Origin: Thermoanaerobaculia bacterium
GTDB taxonomy: Bacteria; Acidobacteriota; Thermoanaerobaculia; Multivoradales; UBA5704
Assembly: GCA_044226625.1 (NCBI GenBank)
Contig: JBGAGQ010000003.1
Coordinates: 64,001-128,000, forward strand
Direction of reading: 5' to 3'
Length of the DNA stretch: 64,000 nt
Part shown: positions 28,184 through 39,253 of the stretch, one piece after another
Layout: every line of letters starts with the position of its first letter
Position numbering within the stretch: the first letter of the stretch is position 1
Notes under the pieces: generated by a model
Databases searched by the model: none
What the model saw: the letters and a program-made list of their open reading frames with translations, nothing else
Told to the model about the DNA's origin: nothing
Made by a program: the position numbers and the translations under genes

Positions 28184-29257
28184 GTGAACCGATTCAGCAA
28201 AATTGCCCGGCCTGGGCTCGTCGTCTTGGCTCTGAGCGGGATCGGGGCCGCGCCCCTTTCGGCCGCCGTACCGCCGACGATCGTCGGCGCGGCATCGCCC
28301 GCGGGCGGCCAAATCCGGGTGGGCTGGCACTTCCGCAACACGGACCAGACCGGCCCCCGGTACGACGTCTTCCGCGCGTCGGGGCCGTGTAGCGCCCCCG
28401 GGCCCTTCGGGGCGATCGCGACGCAGCTGAACGCGCTCGCCTTCCTCGACACCGGACTCGTCGACGGTCAGACCTACGCCTACGAGATCGAAAGCACCGG
28501 TGCCCCCGGTGTCCGCTCGGCGTGCGTCGAAGCCCGGCCGGGCGAGCCCTGTATCGCCCCGCCGCTCTTCCCCGGTCTCGCCGCGGTGAACGACGCGCAG
28601 ATCCAGTGCGGAATGATTCTCTCGTCCGCCGACGCGGTTCCGCTGTGCGGCACGTCCGCGGTCTACGATATCTACCGCTCGACGACCTCGGGTTTCGTCC
28701 CCGACAAGTCGAACCAGATCGTCTTCCACGGCACCTCGAACGGCACGGTCGACACGAACGTGTTCAACGGCGTCACCTATTTCTACGTCGAGCGCGCGGT
28801 TGACACGGGCAACGGAGTCCAGGAACAGAACCTGATCGAGAAAAGTGGTACGCCGCTCCACTGCGGCAACCCGCCTCCACCGACCGGGCGTTACTACACG
28901 GTCCTTCCTTGTCGAGCGGTGGACACCCGGCGCCCGGACGGAACGTTCGGTGGTCCGGCGCTCGCTCCGTCCGTTCCCCGGACGATACCCATGGCAGGAA
29001 CCTGCGGCGTACCGGCGACCGCGAAGTCCGTCGCCCTCCGCGTCTCGGTCACCGCTCCGGCGGCTCCCGGTAGCTTGGCCCTTTACGCGGCCGACCTCCC
29101 CTCGCCTCCCCTCGTGAGCGCGATCAACTTCTCGGTCGGCCAGACGCGAACCAACGACGCGATCGTCAGGCTCTCGACCGACGGCGCTCTCGCCCTGCTC
29201 GATCAGTCGAACGGAACCGTACACGTGATCGTCGACGTCGAGGGGTACTTCGACTAA
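28184..29257 (+). CDS. Secreted FN3-like protein with C-terminal Cys-containing beta domain
   Basis: Signal peptide; two YD.YR..../D....G.TY.Y FN3-like units; C-terminal PCRAVDTR...CGVPATA...NF..GQTR.N...HVIVDV.GYF. Confidence 0.65.
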   Translation: MNRFSKIARPGLVVLALSGIGAAPLSAAVPPTIVGAASPAGGQIRVGWHFRNTDQTGPRYDVFRASGPCSAPGPFGAIATQLNALAFLDTGLVDGQTYAYEIESTGAPGVRSACVEARPGEPCIAPPLFPGLAAVNDAQIQCGMILSSADAVPLCGTSAVYDIYRSTTSGFVPDKSNQIVFHGTSNGTVDTNVFNGVTYFYVERAVDTGNGVQEQNLIEKSGTPLHCGNPPPPTGRYYTVLPCRAVDTRRPDGTFGGPALAPSVPRTIPMAGTCGVPATAKSVALRVSVTAPAAPGSLALYAADLPSPPLVSAINFSVGQTRTNDAIVRLSTDGALALLDQSNGTVHVIVDVEGYFD

Positions 29258-29291
29258 GGGACAGAGCTCTCGCCTTTTCCCAGGAGGCTTT

Positions 29292-29537
29292 TCAGCCGCG
29301 CCTCCGGCCCTCTCGGTCCACCCGTTCGATCAGCAGGTAAAGCCCTCCGCAGGCCGCGAAAGCGAAGGCGGAGACGACGGCGGCGGGCAGCGCCGCTGCC
29401 CGATGTCCGGCGAGGTACGCCTCGAGCGTCGCGCTCAACAGCCACATCTGGACGATCAACAGCACCGCGATCAGGGCGATCGCGCCATCGATCGCTGTGG
29501 CTCCGTGTTTACGCGGGAGAGAGGACCTCGTTTTCAT
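29292..29537 (-). CDS. Small membrane protein (DUF6755-like) of the molybdoenzyme operon
   Basis: Two TM segments with QMWLL.ATLEAYL.GH motif; operonic position. Confidence 0.7.
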   Translation of the reverse strand: MKTRSSLPRKHGATAIDGAIALIAVLLIVQMWLLSATLEAYLAGHRAAALPAAVVSAFAFAACGGLYLLIERVDREGRRRG

Positions 29538-29550
29538 TCGGGCTCCCGGC

Positions 29551-30099
29551 TTACGCCTCGCCCCCCGAGATCCCCACGGCAAACAGGAGATCCCCTCGGC
29601 GCTCGAGCAGGATTCTGGGCAGGGCTCTGGGAGGCGGGCCGGCGACGACCGAGCCGTCGGCAAGGTCGAACACCCCCTGATGGCAGGGGCATTCGATCCG
29701 CCGCCTTGCGGCCGAGTAGATGACGGCGCACGATAGGTGAGTGCATTTCTGGCTGTAGGCGACGTAGGTTTCCGCTTCCAGGCGGATCAAGAGACAAGGG
29801 TCGGTCTCGGTCGGATAAAAGAATCGACGCGCTCCGCCCACCGGGACCTCCGCGGCTGCGGGGATCGGCAGGCGCAGAACGGGCGTAGTCCCACCCAGGC
29901 GGGCGCGCAATAGGATCCAGAGATTGCCGACGAACATGCCGAGGCTCGCGAGGGTCATGAACTTGCCGAGCTGCCGGCGGCTCACGTAACGCTCCTCGCC
30001 GCTCTCGATCGCGAATTCCTCGCGCCAGAGAGGCCGCGAAGGGCCGTCCTCGCCGTGTGCGTCCTCGGGGCTTGCCGGTCGCGCGTTCGGCGAATTCAT
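29551..30099 (-). CDS. Rieske 2Fe-2S protein with Tat-like N-terminus
   Basis: VSRRQL, CTHLSC and CPCHQG.F, GPPPR.L. Confidence 0.92.
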   Translation of the reverse strand: MNSPNARPASPEDAHGEDGPSRPLWREEFAIESGEERYVSRRQLGKFMTLASLGMFVGNLWILLRARLGGTTPVLRLPIPAAAEVPVGGARRFFYPTETDPCLLIRLEAETYVAYSQKCTHLSCAVIYSAARRRIECPCHQGVFDLADGSVVAGPPPRALPRILLERRGDLLFAVGISGGEA

Positions 30100-30674
30100 G
30101 GCTCTCCTTTCCACAGGTGGTCGGCGACGTCGAAGCTCGGCGCGGCAGCGTCCTCGGGCAGCATGAGGAAGACCTTCGTGGTAACCACCTGTCGGCCGAA
30201 ACGAAACGAATTGGCAGGGGTTTCGCGCCGCCCGGCGGCAATCTCTTCGGGTGTAACGAAGGTGAGCGCCTGGCTCGGGCAGACCGTCGCGCACATCGGC
30301 TTCAGTCCCGCCGACGTGCGGTCGTAGCACATGTCGCACTTCATCATCAGCTCGAGCTCGACCTGCATCTTCGGCACGCCGAACGGGCATGCGAGAACGC
30401 AGTTCGAGCAGGCGACGCAGCGCGGCTTGAGCGCCGAGTGGACGATGCCGTCCTCCCCTTTCTTGATCGCGTCGGCCGGGCAGACCATCGCGCAGGTCGG
30501 ATCGTCGCAATGCATACAAACGGTCGGCACGGTCGCGATCGAGCTCTCGCGGTCGACGAAATCGACGCTGATCATCGGCACGCCCCGATGCGTGCCGCAT
30601 TCGGCGCAGGCGTTTTCGCACGAGCGGCAGCCAATGCAGCGGGAGGGATCGATGTAGAACTGCGGCGCGCTCAT
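30096..30674 (-). CDS. 4Fe-4S dicluster electron-transfer subunit (DmsB/NrfC-like)
   Basis: CIGCRSC..AC, CMHC..P.C..VCP, CVACSNC..ACP, KCDMC...P.C..VCP. Confidence 0.93.
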   Translation of the reverse strand: MSAPQFYIDPSRCIGCRSCENACAECGTHRGVPMISVDFVDRESSIATVPTVCMHCDDPTCAMVCPADAIKKGEDGIVHSALKPRCVACSNCVLACPFGVPKMQVELELMMKCDMCYDRTSAGLKPMCATVCPSQALTFVTPEEIAAGRRETPANSFRFGRQVVTTKVFLMLPEDAAAPSFDVADHLWKGEP

Positions 30675-32860
30675 CGTCCGCCTTCCGAAACCTTCTCGAT
30701 CCGACAGGCGGACACCTTGAACTCAGGAATCTTGCTGCGCGGATCGAGGGTGCGGTGGGTGAGCTGGTTCGCGCTCTTTCGACCTGCCCAGTGGTAAGGA
30801 ATGAATACCGTATCCGGCCGGATCGTCCGAACCACCATCGCCGGAAGCTCCATCGAAGTACGGCGGGTGGTGACCCGTACGCGATCGCCGTTCGCGATGC
30901 CGTAACGTTCGGCGAGCTCCGGATGCAGCTCGAGCTTCGGCTCCGGAGCCTGGGCCACGAGCGCCCCGATGCGACGAGTCTGGGTCCCGGACAGGTAATG
31001 GGAGACGACCCTGCCGGTGGTCAGATAGACGGGGAAGTCCGCGTCGACTGGATCTCCCGACTCGCGGTACTCGGCCACAACGAACCGCGCCTTGCCATCG
31101 GCATGAAAGAACCGCCCCCCTTCGAACAGGCGAGGCGTACCCGGATGGTCCTCGCTCGGGCACGGCCAGAAGATGCCCTGCGCGCGATCGATCTTCTCGT
31201 AGGTGATCCCCGAGTAGTCGGCAATTCCTCCGCGCGAGGCCCTACGGAGCTCCTCGAAGATCTCCCGTGGCTCGGAATAGGAGAAATGCTTCTCCTTGCC
31301 CAGCCGACGCGCCAGCTCGATATAGATCCGCGAATCGGGCCAGGCGTTCCCGGGAGGATCGACCGCCTTGCGAATGTGCAACACGCGACCCTCAGCGCTG
31401 GCGACCACCCCCTCCTCCTCCTCCTGGAGGCTCCCCGCGAGCACGACGTCGGCGTGCTGCGCCGTCTCGGAGAGGAAGAAATCGACCACTACGAACAGCT
31501 CCAGCTTTTGGAGCGCCTCGCGCACGAAGCTCGAGTCGGGCAGGGAGACCAGCGGATTGAAGCAGATCGACACGAGCGCCTTGATCTCGCCGCGATGGAT
31601 CGCCTCCATGATCTCCATCGCCGAAAGCCCAGGGCCAGGGATCTCCTCCGGCGCGATCCCCCACACCTCCGCGACGTGACGGCGTGCCGCCTCGTCGGTG
31701 ATCGACCGGGCGCCCGGCAGTTGATCGGCTTTCTGCCCGTGCTCGCGCCCACCCTGACCGTTGCCCTGACCGGTCACCATCATGCAGCCGGCGCCTTCGC
31801 GGCCGAAATTGCCCGTCGCGAGCGCCAGGTTGATCAGGCCGAGGACGTTCTCGACCCCTTTCGATTGGTGCTCGACGCCGCGCGCGTGGAGCGTCACCGC
31901 GCGTTCCGCTTCGCCGTACCAGATGGCCGCCTTCTCGATGGCAAGCGGCGGTACGCCGGTCAGCTCGGCGGTACGCTTCGGATTCCATGGTTCGACCGAA
32001 GCCGCTGCCGCCTCGAACCCCACGGTGTGCGCGGCTACGAAGTCGCGATCCACCAGCCCTTCCCGAACGATCACGTGGAGCAAACCAAGGTAAAGCGCGA
32101 TGTCGGTACCCGGGCGCAGCGGCAGGTAGAGATCGGCGTTTCGGCAGATCGGCGTCATCCGAGGATCGGCGACGATCAACCGCCCGCCACGATCCCTCAT
32201 GCGCCAGAGATAGCTGGTGGTGATCGGCGCGCATTCACCGATGTTGGCGCCGCAGACCAGGGCGACCTGGGCGCTCGGGATGTCCTCCCAGGGATTCGGC
32301 GATCGATCGACTCCCAGCGCCATCTTGTAGGCCGTTCCGGCTGAAACCATGCACAGACGGCCGTTGTAGTCGATATGCCGAGTTCCAAGAGCGACGCGGG
32401 CGAACTTGCCCAGCAGGTAAGACTTCTCGGTCGTGAGTGAAGCGCCGCCGTAGATCGCGACCGCATCCTTTCCCGACGTCTCCTGAATCTTCTGGATTCC
32501 CGCGACGACCCGACCCAGGGCCTCGTCCCACGTCGCCTTGCGGAAGCCCTCGCCGGCAACACGGATCAGCGGATCGAGCAAGCGGTCGGGATGGCTCCCT
32601 TGAAGGTATCGCTTGACACCCTTCGGGCAGAGCATCCCCCGGTTGAACGGAAATTCCTCCCAGGGCTCGAAACCCACCACCTGATCGCCGCGAACCGCGA
32701 GTCGGATCCCGCACTGCTGACCGCAGAAACAGCAATGCGTCTCGACCAACCGGTCCGGAGCTGTTCCGGCACCGGCCTGCCACCCACCAGGCGGCGCAAA
32801 CGCGAGGTGTGGACCATAGAGATCGGACAGCTTTTCGGCGTCGGTCGGAAGCTCAGCCAT
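30671..32860 (-). CDS. Molybdopterin oxidoreductase catalytic subunit (NasA/NarB/FdhF family)
   Basis: [10 protein letters not shown]...LCPKG, NGRLCM (Cys ligand), GQGNGQG, LTTGR..HY..G.QTRR, DP.SK.PEFK. Confidence 0.9.
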   Translation of the reverse strand: MAELPTDAEKLSDLYGPHLAFAPPGGWQAGAGTAPDRLVETHCCFCGQQCGIRLAVRGDQVVGFEPWEEFPFNRGMLCPKGVKRYLQGSHPDRLLDPLIRVAGEGFRKATWDEALGRVVAGIQKIQETSGKDAVAIYGGASLTTEKSYLLGKFARVALGTRHIDYNGRLCMVSAGTAYKMALGVDRSPNPWEDIPSAQVALVCGANIGECAPITTSYLWRMRDRGGRLIVADPRMTPICRNADLYLPLRPGTDIALYLGLLHVIVREGLVDRDFVAAHTVGFEAAAASVEPWNPKRTAELTGVPPLAIEKAAIWYGEAERAVTLHARGVEHQSKGVENVLGLINLALATGNFGREGAGCMMVTGQGNGQGGREHGQKADQLPGARSITDEAARRHVAEVWGIAPEEIPGPGLSAMEIMEAIHRGEIKALVSICFNPLVSLPDSSFVREALQKLELFVVVDFFLSETAQHADVVLAGSLQEEEEGVVASAEGRVLHIRKAVDPPGNAWPDSRIYIELARRLGKEKHFSYSEPREIFEELRRASRGGIADYSGITYEKIDRAQGIFWPCPSEDHPGTPRLFEGGRFFHADGKARFVVAEYRESGDPVDADFPVYLTTGRVVSHYLSGTQTRRIGALVAQAPEPKLELHPELAERYGIANGDRVRVTTRRTSMELPAMVVRTIRPDTVFIPYHWAGRKSANQLTHRTLDPRSKIPEFKVSACRIEKVSEGGR

Positions 32861-32914
32861 CGCGGCCTCCCGTTCGCACGTACGCTAGGTGTTCGTCTAC
32901 GAGGCCGCGAAGCG

Positions 32915-35170
32915 TCACGCTACCCCTCCGCGAGGGGTCTGGAGCGCCGCCATCTGCGCCTGGCCGAGCGAGATCCGTTTGCACGCCGGGCAGAGGGCCT
33001 GCCACCGCCCCCACCGTTCGGCGCGACCTTCCAATCGGTAGTCGAAGCCCATTTCGAGAAGCACCTGCGAGAGATCGTCCATCTGCATCTTGGAGGCGAA
33101 CCGCTCGCCGCAACGGACGCACGACGCCCCCTCCCCTTCCGCACCCGCCCGCTGGTAGAGCTTCACACCGAGCTGGGCGGGTCTCTGGAACACGTGGAAC
33201 AGCTTGCCGAACGGTAGGAACAGAAGGGCTCCCACGACCGTCACCGCGTGGAACTGAGCGAGAAACTCGTAGAGCGCCCCGTTCAGGAAGAGCGTCGAGA
33301 CCGTGAGGGCTAGACCTGTCACCGAGATCGCGAACAGGAGGATCAGCGGCAGGAAGTCCATTGAAAACGATTGGACCGCGAGAGCGCCGCGGTCGCCCAG
33401 CCTTCGCCACAAGGCGAGCGCGATGCCGCCCAGGACCAGGACCGCCGCCACGTCGAGGGCATGGAAGATCAACCAGGCCAAGGGGGTTCCGAGCGCAAAC
33501 GAGAACGACGGGAAGCCGAACAGGAACGCGACGTAGCGGTCGGCTCCCGCGGCGAGGCTCGGATCGCTTTCGAAATGGATCCAGCCGAAGACGAGAGGAA
33601 AGGTCACGGCCGCGGCGAGCAGGCAGCCCCAGAACAGCAACTGATGCATCCACCACCGGAGCCGCGAACGCTGCCGGACGAAACGTTGAGCGAACAGGTG
33701 CGTGACCGCTGTCTTGCCCAGTTCCACGAGAGAACGGACGACGCCACGGCTCCGAACCAGGCGGAAGCCCTGGCGCCAGTAGGTGCGGGTCGGCGGCTTC
33801 TGGAGCCAGACCGCGTAGTGAAACGCGACACCCCAAGTCGCGAACACGGTGGCGAACGTGTAGACCACGAGGGCGGCGTCGAAGTGCTGGAGGTTCCGCG
33901 AGCCGACGACGATCGCCGCGACCAGAAATCCGGTGACGAGCGTCGCGATGGATCCGGCCCGCAAGCGGTCGGCTGCGCGGGCAAAACCGGGCGGCAAGGT
34001 GCGGTCGTCTTCCTTGGCGAGAAAGATCCTTCGGTTGAGCCACCCGAGCAGGAGCGCCGTTGCGGAAAGCAGCGCGAAACCAGGCCAGAGAACGCCCAGG
34101 CGATCCCGGAAAAACCCCAGCAGGAGCGGCGGGAAAAAGCCGCCCAAGCCACCCATTGCGCCGACCAGACCGGTGACGGACGCGGTGTCGGCGGGGAAAT
34201 ACTGGGGAACCAGCTTGAACACCGCGCCGTTTCCCAGGCCGAGGAGGAATGCGCAGCCGAGCGCGCCGACCGTGAACGGAACCATTCGCGGCCAGGCGAG
34301 GAGCAATGCGAACGGCACGACGCCCGCGAAAATCCACGACAGGACGCGCGCACCGCCCACCCGATCGGCGAGCCAGCCGCCCACCGGCCGCATCAGGGTC
34401 GCCAGGACCACGAATCCGGCGGCGCGGAAACCGGCATCGGCGGGCGCCAAGCGGAACTGATCCTTGAGCAGAGAGGGCAGGTAGATAGAGAACGCGACGA
34501 AGCCGCCGAAGGTGAGGAAGTAGAACAGCGAAAGAACCCAAGCGAGCCGCTCGCGCGCGAGCAGTCCCAGCAAGGCGCCCAAGCCCTTCGGCGCGGCCCT
34601 TGCCGGCGCGTCCCGCGCGAGAAGACCGAAGGAGATCCCCCACAGGACCAGGAGGAGCGCCACGGCTCGAAACACCGGCTGCCAGCCCCAGGCGGCCGCG
34701 ATGAGAGGGCCCAGGAACACGGCGGCGGACTGGCCGACGTTTCCCAGCCCATAGACGCCGAGCGCCGAACCCTGACGCGACGGCGGGGTCCATCGAGAGA
34801 CGTAGCCGACGCCGACGGGAAACGAAGAGCCCGCGAGACCGAGGAAAAACGCCACGACGAGGAGCGACCGATAGCTGGACGCGGCCGGGACGAGCCAAGC
34901 GGGAATCGCGACCGCGACCATCAGGATCGAAAAAACCCACCGCCCGCCGAAGCGATCGGCGAGCAGACCCACCGGAATCCGTGCGAGCGCGCCGAGCAAG
35001 ACCGGCACGGCCACCAGGAACGCGGTCTCGGTCGCCGAAAGGGAGAACTGCTCGCGAAACCGGGGAGCGAAGGCGGAGATCAACCCCCAGGCGGCGAAAC
35101 AGACCGTGAACGAGAGGGTCGCGAGCCATACGTGCCGAACGTTCGAAACCGAGCCGCCTTCTTCGCTCAT
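32915..35170 (-). CDS. NarK-type nitrate/nitrite MFS transporter fused to a NarI-like membrane domain with terminal CxxC..CxxC
   Basis: LARIPVG.LADRFGGR, GLAGSSF, G.GNVG, GLGNGAVFKLVP, G.VGA.GGLGGFF; then HFDAAL, WWMH, PFGKLFH, CVRC/CPAC in one frame. Confidence 0.85.
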   Translation of the reverse strand: MSEEGGSVSNVRHVWLATLSFTVCFAAWGLISAFAPRFREQFSLSATETAFLVAVPVLLGALARIPVGLLADRFGGRWVFSILMVAVAIPAWLVPAASSYRSLLVVAFFLGLAGSSFPVGVGYVSRWTPPSRQGSALGVYGLGNVGQSAAVFLGPLIAAAWGWQPVFRAVALLLVLWGISFGLLARDAPARAAPKGLGALLGLLARERLAWVLSLFYFLTFGGFVAFSIYLPSLLKDQFRLAPADAGFRAAGFVVLATLMRPVGGWLADRVGGARVLSWIFAGVVPFALLLAWPRMVPFTVGALGCAFLLGLGNGAVFKLVPQYFPADTASVTGLVGAMGGLGGFFPPLLLGFFRDRLGVLWPGFALLSATALLLGWLNRRIFLAKEDDRTLPPGFARAADRLRAGSIATLVTGFLVAAIVVGSRNLQHFDAALVVYTFATVFATWGVAFHYAVWLQKPPTRTYWRQGFRLVRSRGVVRSLVELGKTAVTHLFAQRFVRQRSRLRWWMHQLLFWGCLLAAAVTFPLVFGWIHFESDPSLAAGADRYVAFLFGFPSFSFALGTPLAWLIFHALDVAAVLVLGGIALALWRRLGDRGALAVQSFSMDFLPLILLFAISVTGLALTVSTLFLNGALYEFLAQFHAVTVVGALLFLPFGKLFHVFQRPAQLGVKLYQRAGAEGEGASCVRCGERFASKMQMDDLSQVLLEMGFDYRLEGRAERWGRWQALCPACKRISLGQAQMAALQTPRGGVA

Positions 35171-35240
35171 TTCGCCTCCGCGTGACCGCCAGGACCCTGG
35201 AGGACCCCGGCGAAGTGCCGCGCCGTCCGATCGGGTGGGA

Positions 35241-36143
35241 TTATGGCATTCTTCGGAAGCGCTCCACCGCCATTTCGCGCTCCCGCTCGCGCCGGGCGGC
35301 GGAGCCTCTCTCGCGATCGATCGTATCGATCGAATCGTCGGTCCCGGGGGCGACGGCGGGGCTCGAGGCGCCGCTGGTCCCGGCCGGCTCGATGAGCCCC
35401 GCGCGTTCGAAGTCGGCCCGCGTCGAGCCGCCGGTGAGCCCCGAGCGCATCACCGCCTGAATCGCCTGCCTCTCGAACGAATTGAGGGAGCCGATCGACG
35501 AGCTTCCGGGGTTCGCCATCAACGCGTTCGGCATCTGGATGCCGTCGAGATGGCAGAGACCCAAAATGCCGTGCGTGAGCTCGTGATTGTGGACATTGCC
35601 GCCGAAGAGATGGCGCGTGACGGTCCGTGAGCTCGCGAGAACACCGGGCGCCTGGAACGTGTATCGCGCGCAACCTCCCGTGCCCGGCCGACAGAACGCG
35701 TCGACTTGCGGATCGCTGAGCGACGTTCCGGTGACCTCGAGGAATCCGGGGATCGGATCCTCTTCGTCGGTCGTCACGATGTCCAGCGAGTAGGCGCCGG
35801 CGATCAGCCCGCGCAGGTCGGCGAGGTAGCCGTCGACGTTGCTCCGCTCTCCGGCCGTGAGCGCCGTGCTCAGCCGGACGCGGATCCGGCTGCCGCGCGG
35901 GAAAGCGCGCCAGAAGCCGGTGTCCGGGCAGGTGTTCCCTTGCGAGGGGCGTAGCGGCCCCTCTCCCAGGAACAGGGCCGCGATCACGTTCGACGAGGTG
36001 AAATTCGTGTTGGGAGGCGGCGGGCTGGTCGGAGAGCCGCCGTTCTTGCCGCAGGCGAGCCCCGACGAGACGGCGACGAGGACACCGGCGACGAGGCGCA
36101 ACGATCGGAGCGTCCACATCATCCGCTTCGCCCGCTTCGGCAT
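35241..36143 (-). CDS. Lipoprotein with metzincin-like zinc-protease motif
   Basis: Lipobox GLAC; HELTHGILGLCH followed by NALM Met-turn; start may be 36122. Confidence 0.65.
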   Translation of the reverse strand: MPKRAKRMMWTLRSLRLVAGVLVAVSSGLACGKNGGSPTSPPPPNTNFTSSNVIAALFLGEGPLRPSQGNTCPDTGFWRAFPRGSRIRVRLSTALTAGERSNVDGYLADLRGLIAGAYSLDIVTTDEEDPIPGFLEVTGTSLSDPQVDAFCRPGTGGCARYTFQAPGVLASSRTVTRHLFGGNVHNHELTHGILGLCHLDGIQMPNALMANPGSSSIGSLNSFERQAIQAVMRSGLTGGSTRADFERAGLIEPAGTSGASSPAVAPGTDDSIDTIDRERGSAARREREREMAVERFRRMP

Positions 36144-36173
36144 CTTTCGCTTCCTCGTCGAAGGAGTCCCGTT

Positions 36174-37256
36174 TCAACCCGGCAGGAAGTAGAACACCAT
36201 GCCGAGGATCAGATACACCGCGAGCAACTGCGCTCCCTCGAGCCAATTCGATTCGCCGTCGCTCGCGATCTGCGTCGCGACGGCGATCGCCACCGTGACC
36301 GCGAGCACCTCCGGCACCGAGAACACCAGGTCCATCGGCTGGGGAGCCACCAAATAGGACAGCAGGACCAGGAGCGGCGCGACGAAAATCGCGATCTGCA
36401 CGCTCGAGCCGATCGCGATGCCGATCGACAGGTCCATCCGGTTGCGCCGGGCCGCGAACACCGCGGTCGAATGCTCGGCGGCATTGCCGATGATCGCCAC
36501 GACGACCACGCCGATGAAGACTTCGGTCATGCCGAGCGAGCGCGCCGCCTCTTCGACCGCGCCGACCAGGATCTCGCTCATCCAGGCGACTAGGGCGGTC
36601 GCGACCGCCAGGATTCCGAGCGCCTTGCCGATGCTCCACGGCGGCCCGCCCTCACCCGGCTGCGAATGCCCGCCGTCGCCCGCGAAAAGGCTCTTGTGGG
36701 TGAACAACGCGAAGATCAGGCCGCAGACGTAGGTCGCGAGCAGGACCCACGAGATGTCGAACGACAGCCGCCCTTCGATCAACAGGGCGTCCTTGCCCGC
36801 GATGTGATGGAACGCCGCCGGGGCGATCAGGCCGACCGCGGCGAGCAACAGCATCGTCGATTGCGACCGGGCGGCGGTGGCGTTGAACCGCTGCTGCTTG
36901 TACTTGACGCCGCCGGCGAGGACCGCGGCGCCGAGCACGAGGAGGATGTTGCCGAGGATCGATCCGGTGAGCGAGGCCTTGACCACCGAATAGAGCCCCT
37001 TCCGGAGCGCCATGATCGCGATGATCATTTCGGCCGCGTTGCCGAAGGTGGCGTTCAAGAGACCGCCTACCCCTTCGCCCGCGTGCTCGGCGAGATGTTC
37101 GGTCGCGCGCCCCATCCAGCCGGCGAGCGGGATCACCGCGGCGCAGGCGAAGAAGAAGATCAGCGTCTGCCGATCCGGGGCCGCATGCTCGAGCCACGCC
37201 GCCATCGGGACGAACACGAGCAGCCAGGAGAGAGAGGGACGAAGCCAGGTCTTCAT
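36174..37256 (-). CDS. cax: Ca2+/H+ antiporter (CaCA family)
   Basis: Two alpha-repeats GNAAEMI and [31 protein letters not shown]. Confidence 0.93.
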   Translation of the reverse strand: MKTWLRPSLSWLLVFVPMAAWLEHAAPDRQTLIFFFACAAVIPLAGWMGRATEHLAEHAGEGVGGLLNATFGNAAEMIIAIMALRKGLYSVVKASLTGSILGNILLVLGAAVLAGGVKYKQQRFNATAARSQSTMLLLAAVGLIAPAAFHHIAGKDALLIEGRLSFDISWVLLATYVCGLIFALFTHKSLFAGDGGHSQPGEGGPPWSIGKALGILAVATALVAWMSEILVGAVEEAARSLGMTEVFIGVVVVAIIGNAAEHSTAVFAARRNRMDLSIGIAIGSSVQIAIFVAPLLVLLSYLVAPQPMDLVFSVPEVLAVTVAIAVATQIASDGESNWLEGAQLLAVYLILGMVFYFLPG

Positions 37257-37356
37257 GACGAGAACGCGTAGTTTACGTCGTCAACGGGTCGTCTTTGAAC
37301 CCATCCCCGCGGCCGGCGCGCCTCCGGCGCTGCTCTGCTAGAGTCCGCGCGCCTCC

Positions 37357-38304
37357 ATGACTCCCGAGCTTTCCGTGATCCTCGCCGTCGGCGAGCGCCG
37401 CGATCGTGTGCGGGGCTGCCTTGCTTCCCTGCTCGCCCAGGAAGGGATCGAGCGGATCGAAATCCTGCTCTTCGACCTCGCGTCCGGCGATCCGGAAGCG
37501 ATCCCAGGGGCAGACCATCCGAGCGTGGTCGTCCGGAGGCTCCCCGCATCGACCCTCTTTTCGGTGGCGAAGGCGCGCGGCGTGCTCGAGGCGCGCGCGC
37601 CGGTCGTCGTCTTCGTCGAAGAGCACTGCCGCGTTTTTCCCGGCTGGGCGCTTGCGCTGATCGACGCCCACCGAGAGCCTTACGTCGGGGTCGGGCCGGA
37701 GGTCCACAACGGCAATCCGGACGTGCCGTTCTCGAGCTCGATCCACCTGCTCAACTACCAGATGTTCTTTCCGGGTACTACGCGCGGCGAGCGCACCATG
37801 CTGCCCGGGCACAACAGCTCGTGGAAGCGAGAGAAACTCCTCGCCTACGGCGACCGCCTGGAGGAGTACCTTCGAGCCGAGATCGTCCTGCATCTCAAGC
37901 TGCGCGCGGACGGACATCCCCTGCTGCTGGAACCGGCGGCGAAAATCGCCCACATTAACGAGAGCTCGTTCCGCAGCACCTCCCTCGGTCGCTACCTGTG
38001 GAACCGGATCTACGCCCATGAGCGCGCCGCGGCGTTTTCCTGGTCGGCTCTTCGCCGTGCCTTCTACGTGGTGGCGACTCCGCTCGTGCCGTTCTACTCG
38101 GTCGTGCGGCTCGCGCTCTGGCTCGCCGCCGAACGCCCGGACCTGCTCGGCCTCGCGATCCGCTACCTACCGCTCCACTTCGCGGTGGCCTTCGCCTCTT
38201 CGTTCGGCACCTGCGTGGGCCTGGTGGCCGGAACCGGCGACGCCGAAGCCCGGTTCACCTGGTTCGAGATGAACGAGTATCGCGCCTACGAGGAAAGGCG
38301 ATGA
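37357..38304 (+). CDS. Glycosyltransferase family 2
   Basis: LSVIL, CL.SL..Q, A.A.GV..A.APVVVFVEEH, GHNSS.KR. Confidence 0.8.
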   Translation: MTPELSVILAVGERRDRVRGCLASLLAQEGIERIEILLFDLASGDPEAIPGADHPSVVVRRLPASTLFSVAKARGVLEARAPVVVFVEEHCRVFPGWALALIDAHREPYVGVGPEVHNGNPDVPFSSSIHLLNYQMFFPGTTRGERTMLPGHNSSWKREKLLAYGDRLEEYLRAEIVLHLKLRADGHPLLLEPAAKIAHINESSFRSTSLGRYLWNRIYAHERAAAFSWSALRRAFYVVATPLVPFYSVVRLALWLAAERPDLLGLAIRYLPLHFAVAFASSFGTCVGLVAGTGDAEARFTWFEMNEYRAYEERR

Positions 38305-39215
38305 GCTCGGGCTCTCCGGCCCCGGCGATCTCGGTCGTCATCCCAGCCTACGACTCGCACTCGACCCTCGCCGCCTGCCTCGAGGCGCTCGAGCGCCAAT
38401 CCTTCGCCGACTTCGAGACGATCGTGGTCGACAGCGGTCCGAACGGCACCTCCGAGCGGATCGTGCGCGAGCGGTTTCCACGCGTCCGTTTCCTGCGATC
38501 CGCCGCCCGCCTTCTCCCCCAGGCGGCCCGCCGGCTCGGCGTCCGCCACGCGGTGGGCGCGGTGATCGTCTTCACCGATCCCGACTGCTACGCCGATCGC
38601 GCCTGGCTCGAACGGCTGCTCGCGCGCCATCGGGCGACCGGCGAGGTCGTGGTGGGCTCGCTCGCTTGCCATGGCGGGCGGCTCTGGGACCGGGCGATCC
38701 ACCTCTGCAAGTTCAGCAAATGGTTGCCGCGCGGCACGGCGCGGCCGGTCGACATGGCTCCGACCGCGAACCTATTGATCGATCGCGAGCAGCTTCGAGC
38801 TGCGGGCGATCTCGAGGTCCACGACGCGCTCATGGGCGACGTCGAGCTGTCGCGCAATCTGCTCGCCAACGGACGCACGCTCTGGTTCGAGCCGGAGGCG
38901 GTCGTCGCCCACCATCACGAGCAGTCGCTCCGAAGCTTCGTCCGCGAACGATTCGTACGCGGCCGGCGCTTCGGCGAGCTGCGCGCCGCTTGGCTCGGCC
39001 GCCGGACCCTTCCGCTGCTCGGGTATCTCCTCGCCACGCTCCTGCCGGTCCGGATGGCGCGGATCACCGCCTTCGTGGCGCGGGACGCCGCCCGTTCAGC
39101 TCAGCTCGGTGCGTTCATCGTCGGGCTGCCGGTCGTCCTCGGCGGCCATTGTCTGTCGCTCGCGGGCGAGGCGGTCGCTTACGCCTCCGCGCTCTGGCCG
39201 GCGAGCGCGACCTGA
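38301..39215 (+). CDS. Glycosyltransferase family 2
   Basis: ISVVIPAY, IVVDSG, ARRLG, FTDPDC, TANL, DVELS; ATGA overlap with the upstream GT. Confidence 0.88.
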   Translation: MSSGSPAPAISVVIPAYDSHSTLAACLEALERQSFADFETIVVDSGPNGTSERIVRERFPRVRFLRSAARLLPQAARRLGVRHAVGAVIVFTDPDCYADRAWLERLLARHRATGEVVVGSLACHGGRLWDRAIHLCKFSKWLPRGTARPVDMAPTANLLIDREQLRAAGDLEVHDALMGDVELSRNLLANGRTLWFEPEAVVAHHHEQSLRSFVRERFVRGRRFGELRAAWLGRRTLPLLGYLLATLLPVRMARITAFVARDAARSAQLGAFIVGLPVVLGGHCLSLAGEAVAYASALWPASAT

Positions 39216-39253
39216 GAGGCGCTCGGCCGCCTCGCGCGGCCAACCGAAAGGGG

